Shown here: one piece after another, positions 24,801 through 38,900 of the stretch
How positions within the stretch are numbered: the first letter of the stretch is position 1
Layout of the letters: every line of letters starts with the position of its first letter
NCBI GenBank assembly: GCA_002633005.1
Contig: NMRA01000056.1
Coordinates: 813,024 to 877,023 of the forward strand
Direction of reading: 5' to 3'
DNA length: 64,000 nt
Source: Phoronis australis
Taxonomy: Eukaryota; Animalia; Phoronida
Position numbers and translations under genes: made by a program
Notes under the pieces: generated by a model
The model's input: the letters and a program-made list of their open reading frames with translations, nothing else
The model's database searches: none
What the model was told of the DNA's origin: nothing

Positions 24801-27800
24801 GTCAGTTGCATTCCAGGTTCTTGCCCTGTTAATGATGTCTGATTAAACAAACACAGTTGCTAAGTGGATATTCACTAACCAGTGCTAATGAATTAAAAGT
24901 TCCTACTTTTACATCTGAAGATTGAAGTGAGAAAGTAATTCATTAGCATGGGGGCATTCATGTGATAAGGATCCTATGTGTTCACTCGAATGAAGGCATT
25001 TCTATGTCTGGGACCTTTGTTACTCTAGCGCCACCTAGTGATTTTGAGTTCCTATTCCTTTTCTTGTTTGAGGTCTCTCCTGTTTCTAGTGCTTTCCCGC
25101 AAACAAACTTTATTTGTTTGCCAACCTGCTTTCAGTGAACAGCATTCCATTGTTTTAAACATAGTGAAATCTCATTTTGAATCACATTCAGTGTGGTTTA
25201 GTGCCAAAGGTGCTATGACAGAAAAGAAATATTTCCAGGGAAGCTATTATCTAATATTTTGATGAGGCTTCTAACATGTTGTCCTGCTATTTCAAGAAAA
25301 GATTGTTTTTGTGATTCATGTGTTTGATAATTTGCAACTGTGCGTTGTCCTAATAGGCTCAATCTATTTGTTTTTTCATTTTGCAGGTGTTTGGTACAGA
25401 TGTAATGGTGACTGTTGCAAAGTCATTTGAAGCACCCATTAAGTGTAAGTGATTTGTTTTAATCGTTTAGTGCATGATGGTACATTGTAGCTATTTTACC
25501 CAAATGCTTTCCATGTGCATTGCAACTGCATAGAAACAGATCAAGTTTCACAATATCTGTGTAGATTAAAAGCAACTGTCTCTTCTAAGTCTTTCCTGCC
25601 AAAGTTACCGAAAAAAGATTGTAGAAAAGGAGGGATTGATAAGATATGAGAATTCCAGTGACCTTCAAAATAGAGCAATTGATAACAACTTTGTCCAGGA
25701 TATGCGTAATCAGTTAATTAAAGGAATGTATTGAGAATAAAAATACAAAGCCAATAACATTTTTAGTTTTACTGTATTAATTGAGGAATTGAGTAATTTT
25801 AGTTTTGAAATTTTAAATCAACCATCTGAGTCCCCAATCATAATAATTATCTATCTTTGTCATTATGAATTGTATGATGTTTAAACACTTTTCCCCTTAC
25901 TCTGCCCTCTCACTATAAATTGGGTAGGTATGAAGGTGAATTTTATTGTGACTCTTGTATTGGTCATATGAGTTATGTCAGCCACCTGTAGAATGGATGT
26001 TGTCAAAAATGTTTCGCGTGTCAATTTTTGTTGCAGACGAAATGTGTTTCTTTTACACTTTGAAAATGTTTTTTTCATCAGATTGAAAACAAAATGATTG
26101 TTTATGTAGTCAGTTGCAGAAGCAAAAAATACAGTTTTGATTAACTTAGACATGCTCATTATTACAGGGCTTGGGATTTTCCTTTTGCAGGAGGATTTCC
26201 TTATTTTTGGTTTCGATTTCCTCTTGTTTGATTTCCAGTTTCCTCTTTTTTGTCTCTTTTTGATCATTATTTTGGCTTTATTCATGCAAAAATGTTCATT
26301 TCAGTTAAATTTTACGACACAAGATAATATTTCTATCACACAAGTCCATTTATTTGTGGAATGATACGTCTTCTGTAAAATTTTCCTCTTTTTATCATTG
26401 GTCATTCCAAGCTGTGATATTGTGACACAGCCTTGTGTAGCACAGTACTTAATGAGATGGATTTTCAACCAAAAGGTCGTTGGTTCAATCCTTAGCCGCT
26501 GTAGTCACCTGTATGAATAAGTACTAGTCACTGGGAAGTTCAAAACAAGTCAAAAGTAATTGGACAAAATACCGTTTTCCCATAATGAAGGCTAACTTTG
26601 TTTACAGCAAAAATTACTTGTAATGGCTATCAGGGTGGCAAATTTCAGATTACAAAATGGCTTAACCACCTGTTATTAGCTCTCTTGTAAATTCTCTTTA
26701 TTCTCGGTGATGAGGGAAGACTAGCCTGAATGGGATCTCTACCCAGCCGTTATGATGGGTAATTCCGGGTCATTATGTCTGAATACTGTTCGTAATGTAC
26801 AAGCTTCCTGCCCATCCAGAGTTCAAAGACTCTGATCCACTTCAGAAATCAGAGTAAACAACCAGCCTGCTGTGAGGGACTTAATTTTTTGATTGTTAAA
26901 ATCAATTATGTCTCTTTGCCGTTGCAGTGGTCTTCCCACAGGATCTGCTGGAGAAGGGTCTGGCCGCCAACAACTTTGCCATGCTAGGATTGGGAGACAT
27001 TGTCATCCCTGGCATCTTTATTGCCCTGCTGCTGCGATTTGACGTTCAGTGAGTTTACGTTTACTAATAATTAACACTGCCAATTACAAAGCTTGTTTGC
27101 CTTAAACTTCTTCACCTATCGCACATCAGGACTCTTTATCAAGCTTGTGTTGGGCGTTACTTAGGGGATGTCATCGGTTTTATGGCTGAAAAACACATTT
27201 TTGTGATTTTTGGATGGGATTGACTTCTTGATTTTTATTAGCTTAGATCTGAGCTTTAAGACAACGAAATCCATAATGATTTTGTGACTTTATTTCAAAT
27301 TGACCATTCTGAGGTCTGATTCTGTGCTGGGGCTGATTTCAGTCTGTCACTTCTCTCGCCAATAATGTTCCCTTAATAAGTTGTCTCTGCTTATGGAGGA
27401 ATAATTGGATTAATAACGGGTGGTAAACATTTAACATTGTGAGTTTGTTTGATACTTAGTTTGTAGGTGTGCTGCCTTCCACTTGTTGCTGATACCTGAA
27501 ATCAAGAAGTGTGCTTATTGGACCTGTCATTCTGGACTTAAATATTGCCACTGAAATGAAAGCAGTGGTTTCAGCTGAACTGGAGCTAAAACATTTTTGA
27601 AAAGTCCACCGTGCCAATGATTTCTATATTTTTATTCACAAACTGCCCAAGATGCTACTTGTGGTAATGGAAATGAAGTCTAACTGTGCTAAGGAAAGTT
27701 GCAACACCGGCTTTGTCAGGTGGCCTAGTTTTGATTTTTTGTGACATCTTAAGATTAAAATGTAGTAGTTTTTCTTACTAGTTTAACTCCACTTTGTGTA

Positions 27801-29925
27801 TTACAAGAAAGTACTGAGTACCGCTATGCTTTGTACTACTGAGTTGCTATTATGTCTATCTTTTCATTTCAGTCTGAACAAAAATAGGAAGACGTATTTC
27901 TATGCCAGTTTCATAGCATACATCGTTGGTCTGGGCACAACAATCTTTGTCATGCATGTGTTCAAACATGCACAGGTATGTCATTTTGTCAACGCCGCTA
28001 TGCTCGCTTGGTGCACTGGCTTAACCACTGCTGGTCTACTTTTTAAAAAGTTAAGTTTTGCTGTATCGCTGTATCACAACTGCATATGTGCATATTTAGG
28101 CCCACGGACCTGCTCCTCTATACAAAGTTGAGACTCATACACTTATTTGTAAATCACTGAAGCTAAAACAAAGCAGCAACCTTTAAGTGAAACGTGAATA
28201 TTCAAGTCTGTTACAATACTCTTGATGTATGTTCTTGCGCCATTTAGTGGCCATTTTTATTACACATGAACAACCCTAAAAGCACACCATTTGCAGTGCA
28301 TTCGTGGGTGCATTTCAACGCTCTGCGTTGCTCTTTTTTTAGCCAGATAATCAAATGCAAATTTAAATGAAAAGCACAAAAGTGGAGAAAAGACCAACAT
28401 AAAATAGTCAGTTAAAGACATGCGTATACAAATTACCCTATAATTGAAGCATGCTGGTCAGATTTGCCAGTATGCGAAACATTGAAGCATGTATTTTAGA
28501 AAGGCTTTACACTCCTGACCCGTGCTTCATCTGTTATCTTGATGACTGTTTCAACATAATAAGCATGTATAAGTAAGAATTATTGGTCTGCTTGTAGGCC
28601 ATATTGCGTGAAAGAAGAGAAATAATTACTGATATCATATCAATGATTACTGATACCATATCAATAATAACTGATACCATATTAATGCGTTCATTTATAA
28701 CAACACAATCATATAATGAGCACGTGTTCTTAGGCAAGACGTGTCTCTAGTTCAACTATTGTCTAACTTTACGTAAACAGCAACATATTGATCGACGTTT
28801 CGGTTTGTTGTCACCAAACCATTCTCAAGAAAAATCTTTACAATATTCTGCAAAACTGATGTTCTAATTGTGAGGAGTTGCAAAATGTGATCATGATAGG
28901 AAAAAGTAGAAAAAATATTAATCAAGCAGTAGTCACGGTTTTCTGTTTTAAATTGAAAAAAAGATCAATATTGGCAATTATTTGGTTCGAAGTTGGTCAA
29001 CTTTTACCATAATTTCACTGGAGGCCTGGAGAGGTTCCACTGCAGGTTCTCCATGTCAAACTGTCAGACGCATGTTTTTAATGTCCATTCGATTCACCTA
29101 CCAACTCTTGTAACATGCTCCACCTCACAGCCTGCCCTACTCTACCTGGTACCGGCTTGCACGGGTTTTCCACTCATCACAGCTCTGGTGAAAGGGGAAA
29201 TTAAAGACATGTTCAGGTACGTTACACAATAAAGAGGCTTCTGTTAGAAAAATGACCTTTGATTTTGACCACTGACTGGTCATTTTATTCACTGAAGGCG
29301 ATCTTAAACAATAATAAGTGTCAGTTCTTCCCAAGCACAGTTGTCACTTCCAATCTGACGAAGGAATTTTATAATGATGAATGGCCTAAATTGGAAATTT
29401 AGACATAAGGGTGGTGAAATCTTAGAATCCCTTGTAATATTTGAAAAGCTGCTATTGAATATGCTGAACACAGATCTCAGTGGCATTCCTAAGTTGTATT
29501 AATGGTGTGATTCCTTACTCGTAATCATCTCTGTTTATATTTGTATTTTTTCACCCCTCACTTAGTGTCTGTGATTGCCACCAGATGTCACCCTCTCCTG
29601 TATCTCTTTTTGGTATTTAAATTGTTAACACACAAGTTATAGTGTGCTTTTCATGCACTTTTGCCATTTTAGTTTATTCTTGCAATGAACATTGATGTTG
29701 ACAATGTCTTACTGTTGTCTACGTCTACCATCAGACAGTGGATCAGAAGTTTCAACACAACAAACTTTTAAATTTAAGATTATACGCATTGCATGTTGTC
29801 AGATTTTCTACACTTCTTCTTCCCGCGCCTTGAATTCTGATTCTTGTTTTAGCTACGAAGATAGTCCAGAGGACAAAAGCAGTGACAAATCAGAGGAGAC
29901 AAAGGATGCGAAGAAGGCGAATTAA
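18844..29925 (+). CDS. HM13: Signal peptide peptidase (minor histocompatibility antigen H13), GxGD aspartyl intramembrane protease
   Basis: Exons 18844-19032, 20114-20212, 21091-21173, 22294-22382, 23084-23169, 24481-24606, 25387-25444, 26928-27048, 27873-27975, 29131-29216, 29853-29925, all GT-AG and in phase. Motifs: TPEGMALAYGSL, HWIANN, catalytic YDIFWVFGT and LGLGD, QPALLYLVP; C-terminal KKAN is a KKxx ER-retrieval signal. Confidence 0.97.
28622..28685. repeat. 21-bp minisatellite, 3 copies, in an HM13 intron
   Basis: attactgatatcatatcaatg / attactgataccatatcaata / ataactgataccatattaatg. Confidence 0.8.
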
Positions 29926-30539
29926 CCGGTCAGTAAATGGACACTGACCGGATCGTGACTGAGGCGGCGTATTAAAATCTCAACTCTTTTCAGTGAAAGC
30001 AATGTATTTCAGGTGCTGCATCGTGAACGAAGCAATTACAGCGGTGTCGTTGAAGTCTTTGTGAATGTAACTCATAATGGCAATTAGGACAATGACTGTC
30101 CTTATGTGAATGATTTATTTTGTGTAAAGTCGATCCTTAACGAATATTAAGAATGGTGCATTAGGTTAATTGTGCAAAGATGTGATATTCATTTCACACG
30201 GTCCCGTTACACCGAACTCGTTCTACAAGCGTCCCTGCCCGTATTAGCGTGTTTTCATGAAAGGGGCTGGGAGTATGCGGATGCAAAATCCTTGTCGAGC
30301 ACGCGATACTGTCCGCAGGGCTTTTGTAATAAATTGTATAAAGCTTTATCGATTCCCATACGAGTTCATACGGCAAGATCATTAATGAAATGAATAATTC
30401 AGTCCGATGGGCTACTGATATATAAATTGTTTCATATTTGTTAATTCTATTTCAGTGAATATTAAGTCGGATTTCTGATATTGAAATATCTTGCTCTTCA
30501 TTATTTTAAATTGTGTATGTTCAGACAAAGACCGGAGTC

Positions 30540-30800
30540 CATTTCATGAAAGTGACGTTAAGACGCAAGACAGAAATTTGGTCGTGCTTCTATTACAATT
30601 GCTGAATAAAGGTTTGGCAAGTAATTGTGGGCGTATCACAATCTAGAAATAATTTATTGAAATTATCTTATAGACTAGCAGTTGTGTGTATACTGTCAGA
30701 GACTATGCACTTTTGCTCAAGTGAGATTTGATTATTTTTCAGAAATAGTTGTGTGTACTGCAAGGCCAAAATTCTGTCTTAAGTCACTTTTCATGTAATG
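30540..30800. mobile_element. Inverted-repeat MITE-like element downstream of the HM13 stop (probable 3'UTR)
   Basis: catttcatgaaagtgacgttaagac at the left pairs with gtcttaagtcactttttcatgtaatg at the right; AATAAA at ~30605 and ~31545. Confidence 0.6.
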
Positions 30801-31768
30801 CTTTACAAAGTTCTTTATTAGGAATGATGTTTCAGACTTGAAAGAGTTTTTGTCACTTTAAAAGAAATTATGATGTTAATTTTATGATGACTGTCTGTCA
30901 CTATGGGAAACACGCGTTAGAGTTTAGAATTAGAGTAGGATATGCATGGAAGGTGATGGACAACGAATCTGCTTTAGCTTGAGATTGTTATTTGTTTTAA
31001 AGCTCTCACATTAGTTTGAGTTGTCAAACCTGGTAAGTACAGTACAAGCCAGAAGTATCCAGACAGAATGACCCAGAATTCCCCGTCAAGATGGCTGGGT
31101 GGATTCTGGATTCATCATAAGAGAATGAATGTAGATTAAGAAGAAACTTATGGCAAATTGACTAAGCCAATTCTGCAATTAGAATTTCACTCCTGTAATA
31201 GTTAAAAAAAATTTTTGCTCTTAAGAGACTTACCAGTGGCAAATGGCGTCTTGTCCTGTACATCGTGCCAGTCTGTGCGCAGCATTGCAGCTCTGAATTA
31301 ATTTCTGTAGATTGTAATGACATTGCATTTGAAAATTGTGTCCTTTTGTTCCTTGTTTCAATTTGCGACTTATTTTACTTTATGATGGCACTTTCTTTTT
31401 GTCGTGAAATATTTATCTTTTGTTGTAAACCTGACTTTAGATGACTTACTCAGCCAACAGGGGGTAAATATTTATGGAATATGAACAACTGATGTTTTTG
31501 AACAGGGCCAACCCACCTCTTTTCTTCATTTATGTTGTAAGCTGAATAAACTGTTGCAAACTTGATATCTGTATTTTCCTGTTTCTGCTTGAAGTCTCGT
31601 ACTGTCCAGAAGTGAAAATTGCCCGAGGGGAGTAACAATTTGTAGTTAAAAGTATCTTGATTGTAGCGTGTTTTGTGCAAAACGTAACAATGGTCGTCAA
31701 ATCCCACCTTATTCACCAAAAACTAACGCTACCAGTTACTTTTGAATAACGCGTAATGTTAGCAAAAT

Positions 31769-32339
31769 GTTGGACAAAGAAATTCCTCCATGAATTAAAC
31801 TTCTCTATATTGAGCTTTGATAATGAAAATGAGAGTATTCAGCATATAATGTGGAATACATACGCGCACCCAGCCTGAAATATTGGGGGGCTCAAATTTT
31901 TGAGTGTGGACCTTTAGTGAAAAACAAAATCAGGGACTAAAAAAAAAACGGGGACTACAAAATAAGAAAGGGGTACTACGTTCAGAGCTATGAATTGTGC
32001 ATTCGCGCCGAATTCTTGCCGTTATAGTGGACTTTTGTCTCATTTTTTCGGACATTTTGTTTCTCTGAGGCGGACCTTTTTGCCCACTTTGCCAAATAGG
32101 GGGCTCACTAGAGCCCCCCCCCCCCTGGGTGCACGCATGGAATACCTTAAGAATAAGAACTATAATTCAGCGTATAAATGACTATGTACTAACTATTTTG
32201 AATACATACTAACTGTTTTGACTATGTACTGTTTTATGGTTTACATTGTAAATTGACTAAAGCTGTTTATAATTTGAACTCTTCTTCGTTAAAATGCTAC
32301 ACAATATTCAATTTCATGGAGGAATTTCTTTGCCCAACC
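31769..32339. mobile_element. Nested MITEs: outer element with ~27-bp TIRs containing an inner CAT...ATG element at 31859-32139
   Basis: Outer gttggacaaagaaattcctccatgaa / ttcatggaggaatttctttgcccaac; inner catacgcgcacccag...ctgggtgcacgcatg flanked by a GAATA duplication. Confidence 0.75.
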
Positions 32340-32799
32340 TAAAGGCTTTTCTTTGGCTACTAGCTGACCAATCGTTTTAGCAGTTTTTGTGTACAAGTGC
32401 CTGGCAAAGCATTGAAGTGATGCTACTTATCTATTCTAGAAGAACGAGAAGGTAAAATTTCAGTTGTCCTTCATATTGTGTCCTAAACTGGTGAATTTTG
32501 CCACAGACACACTTGCAGGGAACGCGGTATCTACAGGTCAGTCCAAAAGAATGATCTAATTACGACTTTAAAACTTTATTATTAAGAACCTAGTATATAT
32601 TGTACAAAACAATAGGAAATACTTGACTGTTATTTACAACAGGTGTAACATGATCTACAATGTAACACAGCGAAAACAATATTCTTTTATACGACAACGT
32701 CTGGCAATGACGTCACATAAACTAATGAAGAATCCATCTACCATAGACATTTCACAATGTCACCTGAGTCAGTCAAACGGACTTCATCAATTTCGCTAT

Positions 32800-32902
32800 T
32801 TGACCTTGAGTCGTTACCTCCCACACGACCTTTGACCTTCAGTTGTTACCTCCTACGTGACCTTTGACCTTGAATTGTTATCTCCCACATGACATTTGAC
32901 CT
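32800..32902. repeat. 32-bp minisatellite, ~3 copies, in the LSM4 3'UTR
   Basis: ttgaccttgagtcgttacctcccacacgacct-type units containing TGACCTTTGACCT. Confidence 0.8.
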
Positions 32903-32915
32903 CTGGACACCTTCA

Positions 32916-35900
32916 CTATCTCTCCCCCCGACTTTTACCCATATTTTTCTGCTGTCCACCTCTTCCACCACCTCTCCCCCCGCGACCTTGGAAACCACCT
33001 GGAATACGAGGGTGACCGCTAAATAACATTTTGTAAATTATCATTCATCAAAGTTATCCACACAGTCCGCCAATAATTATGAACAGTAAAATCTCACCGA
33101 TTTCGGACAGAAAAAAATTGCCATTTTCTCTTTTTGCAAGGCCTTCTTACATTGTAGTGAGTGCCCTGAAGTTTTCAAAATTTTGTGTGAACATGGTGAA
33201 GCATATCACAAAAAATAGAAAATAATATTTTTGCTGTTGTCCACACTGAGACCAAAATTGGTGAGATTTTATTGGTTGATAATAAATAAAACTCCCATAC
33301 ATCGGGCATGCATAAATCAGATTTTTTGATTAACTCTGCAGTTCTGCAATACGGTTGATCTGGAGTTAGAGTGCTCAGCCTCTACAGATAGGTCAAATTT
33401 ACCCTGATGAGGACAAAATCTCTCATTCAGATTGAATAGGACTTACATGAGTTTTACTGTAAATGGGGTGTTCCAAAAATATATTAATACTTCGATACAA
33501 TGCTGGCAGTTCAAATTCAGTTCCCGTAAAACGGACCCTTCGTCCATATGGTTACACCTTGCTGTGGAATTAGGCTTGTTACATGCTCTGTATGCACAGG
33601 TATGACAAAGAAATGCCTCAATTTTAGAAAATGGAAAGTTATCGCACAATGCTTGAGGAAACTCTATCAAGGAAGCACAAAAACAGTTTATTTTGTCAAT
33701 TTTACAAAAAATGCTCTTCATTTTGTTTTGAGACAATTCCTGTTTTGATCACCTCTTTATAAATTCAAACCAGTAATCTTGTTCCAAAGTCAATAAGCAA
33801 TGGAGTTATAGTCATTTGAAGTGTGAGAAAATTTTTGGGACACCCTGTACAATATCTGTCCATTTAAATCGAATTTCCCATTCAAACCTAAGCTACAATG
33901 CCACACCACGTACAATTACAGTATTACGTTATGTCGTATCCCATACAAAATTGGATTCGTGTTTATCTTCTGAAACATGACATTACCTTAACACACTAAT
34001 ATGAACCTGTGAAGTGACACCGACAGGTGAAAAAAGTATTTACTGACATCAGTCCGAAAAGGGATTTCATCCCACGACATCCATGATGGCAGTCTCCATG
34101 CCTTGATAGTGCAGCTATTCCCCACACCGTAAATAGCAGAGTATTTCAAGCACATGTCTGATAAAGTCGAGCCTTGATTTCAGCGAATTTCTAGCAGACA
34201 ATGATGAGAACTGCAGATTTGTAAAAAATCCCAAAAACAACAGATTTTGTGGTTTCGTAGATCAGGTCAAAACTAACAACTTCCAAGAACCCTATCCCAT
34301 CCTAAAATAATCCCAAAACTGCATTTTTCATCCCTAAATCGACTCGCTATCCCTTTAACACAAGGAACAGGTTTCTGCATAAACGTCACTCATCATTTTA
34401 CCAAAGTTTAAGCGATCAAAAGTGAATCATTGGGCACGTGATAATCAAGAGAACAGACATGAACTCACCCCTGCCGGGACCCCCACGACCCCGTTGACCT
34501 CCTCGACCTCCACGACCTCCCATGCCGCGGTTCCTCTGGATAACCTCCTCCTTCACCATGTCGATGACTTCATCTGGAATCCTGAGATACTTGATGGTGC
34601 TGCCGCGGATGTAACACTCTGGCATCTTCCAGAATCGATCACCATCCTTGTCAAGAGAAAACATAACAGTAGTTACTGTATAAAGCAAAGCATGCAGGGA
34701 TCTATCATTTACACCACAAGCCAACACTAGCATAGTATCTTACTTAGATTATCTGCACACGTAAACAAATGCGTGACTGCTTGGCCTTGTATAAGCTCAC
34801 TTTTGTGAGATTCCTTTACTTTTCAGGCCAACATATATTAAGTGCATTACTTACTTAGGTCCGGACAAATTGTCTCCACATGTAAACCGATGCAGTATTT
34901 TCAGACATGTAGGAACATCACAGTTAAGAAATAATTTATGACAATTGTATGAGCAGCAACCAACACGCATAACATTTTCCAAGAGCTTGTATTTTTGTCG
35001 AGGTGAGATAAAATTATTTTTTAAGAAATGGTTGTGCGGAGCAGCGTGAGACAAAATTTCTGAGTGAACGCTTAAGTCACAGTCCATGAAACGGACCCGA
35101 TATCTGACATTGTCGACTCACCCTTGATGTACAGATGACCTCCCTAAGATTGATGTTCATCCAGTTATCACAGCTGACCAGTTGACCATTGTAAGTTTCA
35201 CCATTCTTCAGCTCCACCAGCTGAGAGAAGACAGTTCATGAATTATGAAAATGCTGAGCTACGTCAACCGTGGTCAAGAACCCAGAGCTAATGCACTATC
35301 CACCCAATGGGAGTAAACCAACCCCGGATCTCAAACACTTCAAGTCAGACCTGGCGTGCATTCAGTAACGCTAGGACCTACACTAGGACCTAGCTAAAAT
35401 CTAGACAGAGTCACGTGCTCTTATTTAAAATACACGGCAATATCTCACGTAATCTTGCGAAGTCTAGCTTTTTAGCAAGGTCCTAGCGTTACTGAGTGGG
35501 AGGCTGATCTATTGGCTAAGTTGTCCATTGATAACAGATTTCCTTTGTAGAATAAGCAGTAATGGTCTGATATAACGTGCCCGAATTTTGAGAACCAGTT
35601 TTCCCACTGAATAATGGCATTAAACTGGTTCTCAAAATGCGGGCACGTTATATCAGACTATTGCCGAATAAGCTACAGAATGCATCACTAGTAGAGTGAG
35701 ATAGTGTACTTCAGTTAGTATAAAGTTTGTGGGTGAGCAATTGTCCAAGCGACCAATAATAAAGACATTCAAATTGGAGAGATATTTCATAGCTTTCTGA
35801 GAAACTGGAGCATGATAGGTTTACTTACAAGAAAACATGTAATCGAGAATGGTTGACGTTTCTAGACTCACTCAGTGGTAATCAAGAAAAGTCAAAGAAG

Positions 35901-38900
35901 CTGTCTAGTACTAGATGCCCCAACTTGAACAAGGAACGTGGCTTGCAACTGCGCCCCGTGTAAGACCTTGTCTCAGATCCACGTCAAGCTATCGCACCAA
36001 CATCCAGTCAGTGTACAAGACCCTTAGAGTGACAGTAGTTCTGTATGACCCATTTCAGCTCCTAATACAGTACAAGCCAGAAGCATTTTGGCAAAATGAA
36101 CCACGATTCCACATCATGACGAGTGGGCGAAAGCCAAATTCATCGTCTGAGTAGTCTCCCCTGATGACTATGAATGAAGGAGTATTAACAGGAGTTTTTT
36201 GATATACGAGTTAGAATGGAGGCCACTAAATAAGGTTGCAGATAACCTTAAAATACTTTGCCATTTAACAAGGTGGATTTACTCAATGGCAGGGCAAGGA
36301 ACTGAGTTCAATTCCACACAGCAGCTCTTTTCATCGACAAAGTCCCTTAATGGGTCAACAGGGTGTATTACTGGAAAACAGCAAACAGCTTTGTAAGGGA
36401 GCGTGCTGGTATAGCTCAATGCTAAAAATTTATTTTGCCACAATTGCATGAGAATCTATTCTCAAGTTCCTAGCAAATGATCAGACCACCTAGTCATTGA
36501 CACCAATGATTAGGTGGGAACCAGTCAAACGTGTCAGACCAAATACATCTTTACACATTTGTAAGTCCACCACTGACCTATCGCAAGGTCTGCCCCTTTG
36601 CGAAAAAAGTCACGTGACACCCGACAAACAAACAATAAGTATTACCCGACAACGTGTCGTCACGTAAAATGACGGCTTGGAAACGAAGGTGTGTCACAAA
36701 TGCAGTGTTCGGATCGGTCAGCTAAACCATAACTCAAAATCCTGGCAATAGGTCAATCCTTTCATTTACTTACCATAGGGTGGTTAACTGCTGTCCGCAG
36801 CAGAGAGAGGGGTAACTGAAAGAAAAAATGATTACTTTACTGTACTTGCCAACTATGGTTGGCACCTGATACATGTCTCTGGTGTTTCTGATCAGAGCAG
36901 GGGAAGAAAACAGCCCAGCTATCTATATCTCCACCATTAAAGAAAATGTGCCACATGTCGGTACTAGTAACTAAATTTTAGTACGCCTCAGTCTTCCAAT
37001 TATACGCAAATCATGGGCTTAGGTGAAGTAATGGAAAAAAATAATACGGTAAAAAAAACAACTATTTATGACACAATATGTTGGACAGCCAAAATTTCAT
37101 TTTCTTATTTTTTTCATGAATGAAAAATAGTAGCAAAATAGTCCTAAGCCACATTCAAGTTCTGGTCTAAACCCATGGCACAATATTTTGAAAATGCTGT
37201 GGGCATTCACAACAATGTTAGAAGCTTTTGAAAAAATGAAAAAAGGACATTTTGGCAATCACTTTTGACTGAAATTGATGTTTCACCAAAATTTGGGGCA
37301 AATGTTCACCATAACGCCCAGTTCCATATACTGAATAACCGATCCGTTATTCAGTGATTGCCTGGTTCTCAAAATCAGGGACTGCTATATCTGAGCTGCT
37401 TTTTACTGGTTTAGTACAACACAATAACAAACAGCGACTGTGACAGTTGAACGGCGCTTCTCGGATATAGTAACTGATTTAGAGAACCATTTTTATCCAC
37501 TGAATAAGGGAACCAGTAACTGCCTGGTTCTGTAAAATCACTAAAATCAGCCGACCATCAGTCACCAGTGGCAGTCATTGGCACAGACAATGACCACCAT
37601 TCTACTGGCACGTAGGATGGTGGAGCGCCTCATATGGCGGAATCTTTTCGGCGAATTATGCCTTACACTGACTAAAACATCAAAGTCACATCGTTATAAA
37701 TACCTTTTGCTTACAAAGGGATGCCTTAGGAGGCCGTTGATGTATGTAATTCTATCCAACTCGAACAAATACTCCAGTTACCAAACTTGTTCTTCGAGCA
37801 GTCCCTCTTTCGGTTCCCAAAATCGATAACTCACAATTTTTAACACTGCGCATACCAGGTGGTATGACGAGTATGGTGGAACAGAACGAGGGACTGCTCG
37901 AAGAAAAAGTTTGATAATGGGAGTATTTGTTCGAGGTGGAAGGAATTAAATACATAGATGGCCTCCAAAGCCAAGGTATCCCTCTATGCGCAAAAGGTAT
38001 ATAACAACATAGCATTGATGTTTTAGTCAGTGCGAGGCATAATTCGCTGAAAATCTTCCGGCGTATGAAGCACCTTAGGAGCTTAAAAGTCAAGCCGAGT
38101 TATGTCCTTTGCGTTGTCATGCCCACAGGAGTCCTCAGCTTCTGATTGTCACCAATACACTACATAATACTACAAGGTATGACACTCCTGACTAGAAATT
38201 CCACGGGTGCTTCACTTCAGTCGTTCATAGTAAACACAAAACTCAATAAATTTACACAAAACAGAGGTTCAACAAACCATGAGGAATTGTTCTTTCTCCC
38301 AATACCATTTATGGTGTCCTGCTTCACCTAGTTAGCAAGAAATTCGCAGTCAAAGCACAACAATCTTCCCAAAAAGTCCGTCCGGAGAATCTCCTTTGTA
38401 AATCGAAGGTCAAGGACAATTATTATGGAATTATCTTATCACGGAAAGTTATGAAATCGTGACAATCGGCAATTGCCGTTGATCTGTAACTCATCTGATA
38501 ATTCCATAATAATCGTCCTTGACCTTCGATTTACATAGGAGTTCCTCCACACGGGCTTTTTGGGAAAATTTTTGTGCTATTGACAGCGAATTTTTTGCGA
38601 ACTGGGTGAAGCAGGACACCGTGGCGTAAATGGGAGAAAGAACGATTCCTCATGGTTTGTTGAACCCCTGTTTTGTGTAAACTTATTGAGTTTTGTGTTT
38701 GCTATGGAAGTCTGAAGTGAAGCACCCGTGGAATTTCTAGTCGGGAGTGTCATACCTTGTAGTATTACATAGTGTATTGTGGACGATCAGAAGCTGAGGA
38801 AGCCTGTGGTCATGACTCATGAGTCATGTCCAGTTGGTTGCACACTACACCGGTTCTTATTTTCATGAGTTACCAAGGTGAATAAGCCACAAACGTATTT

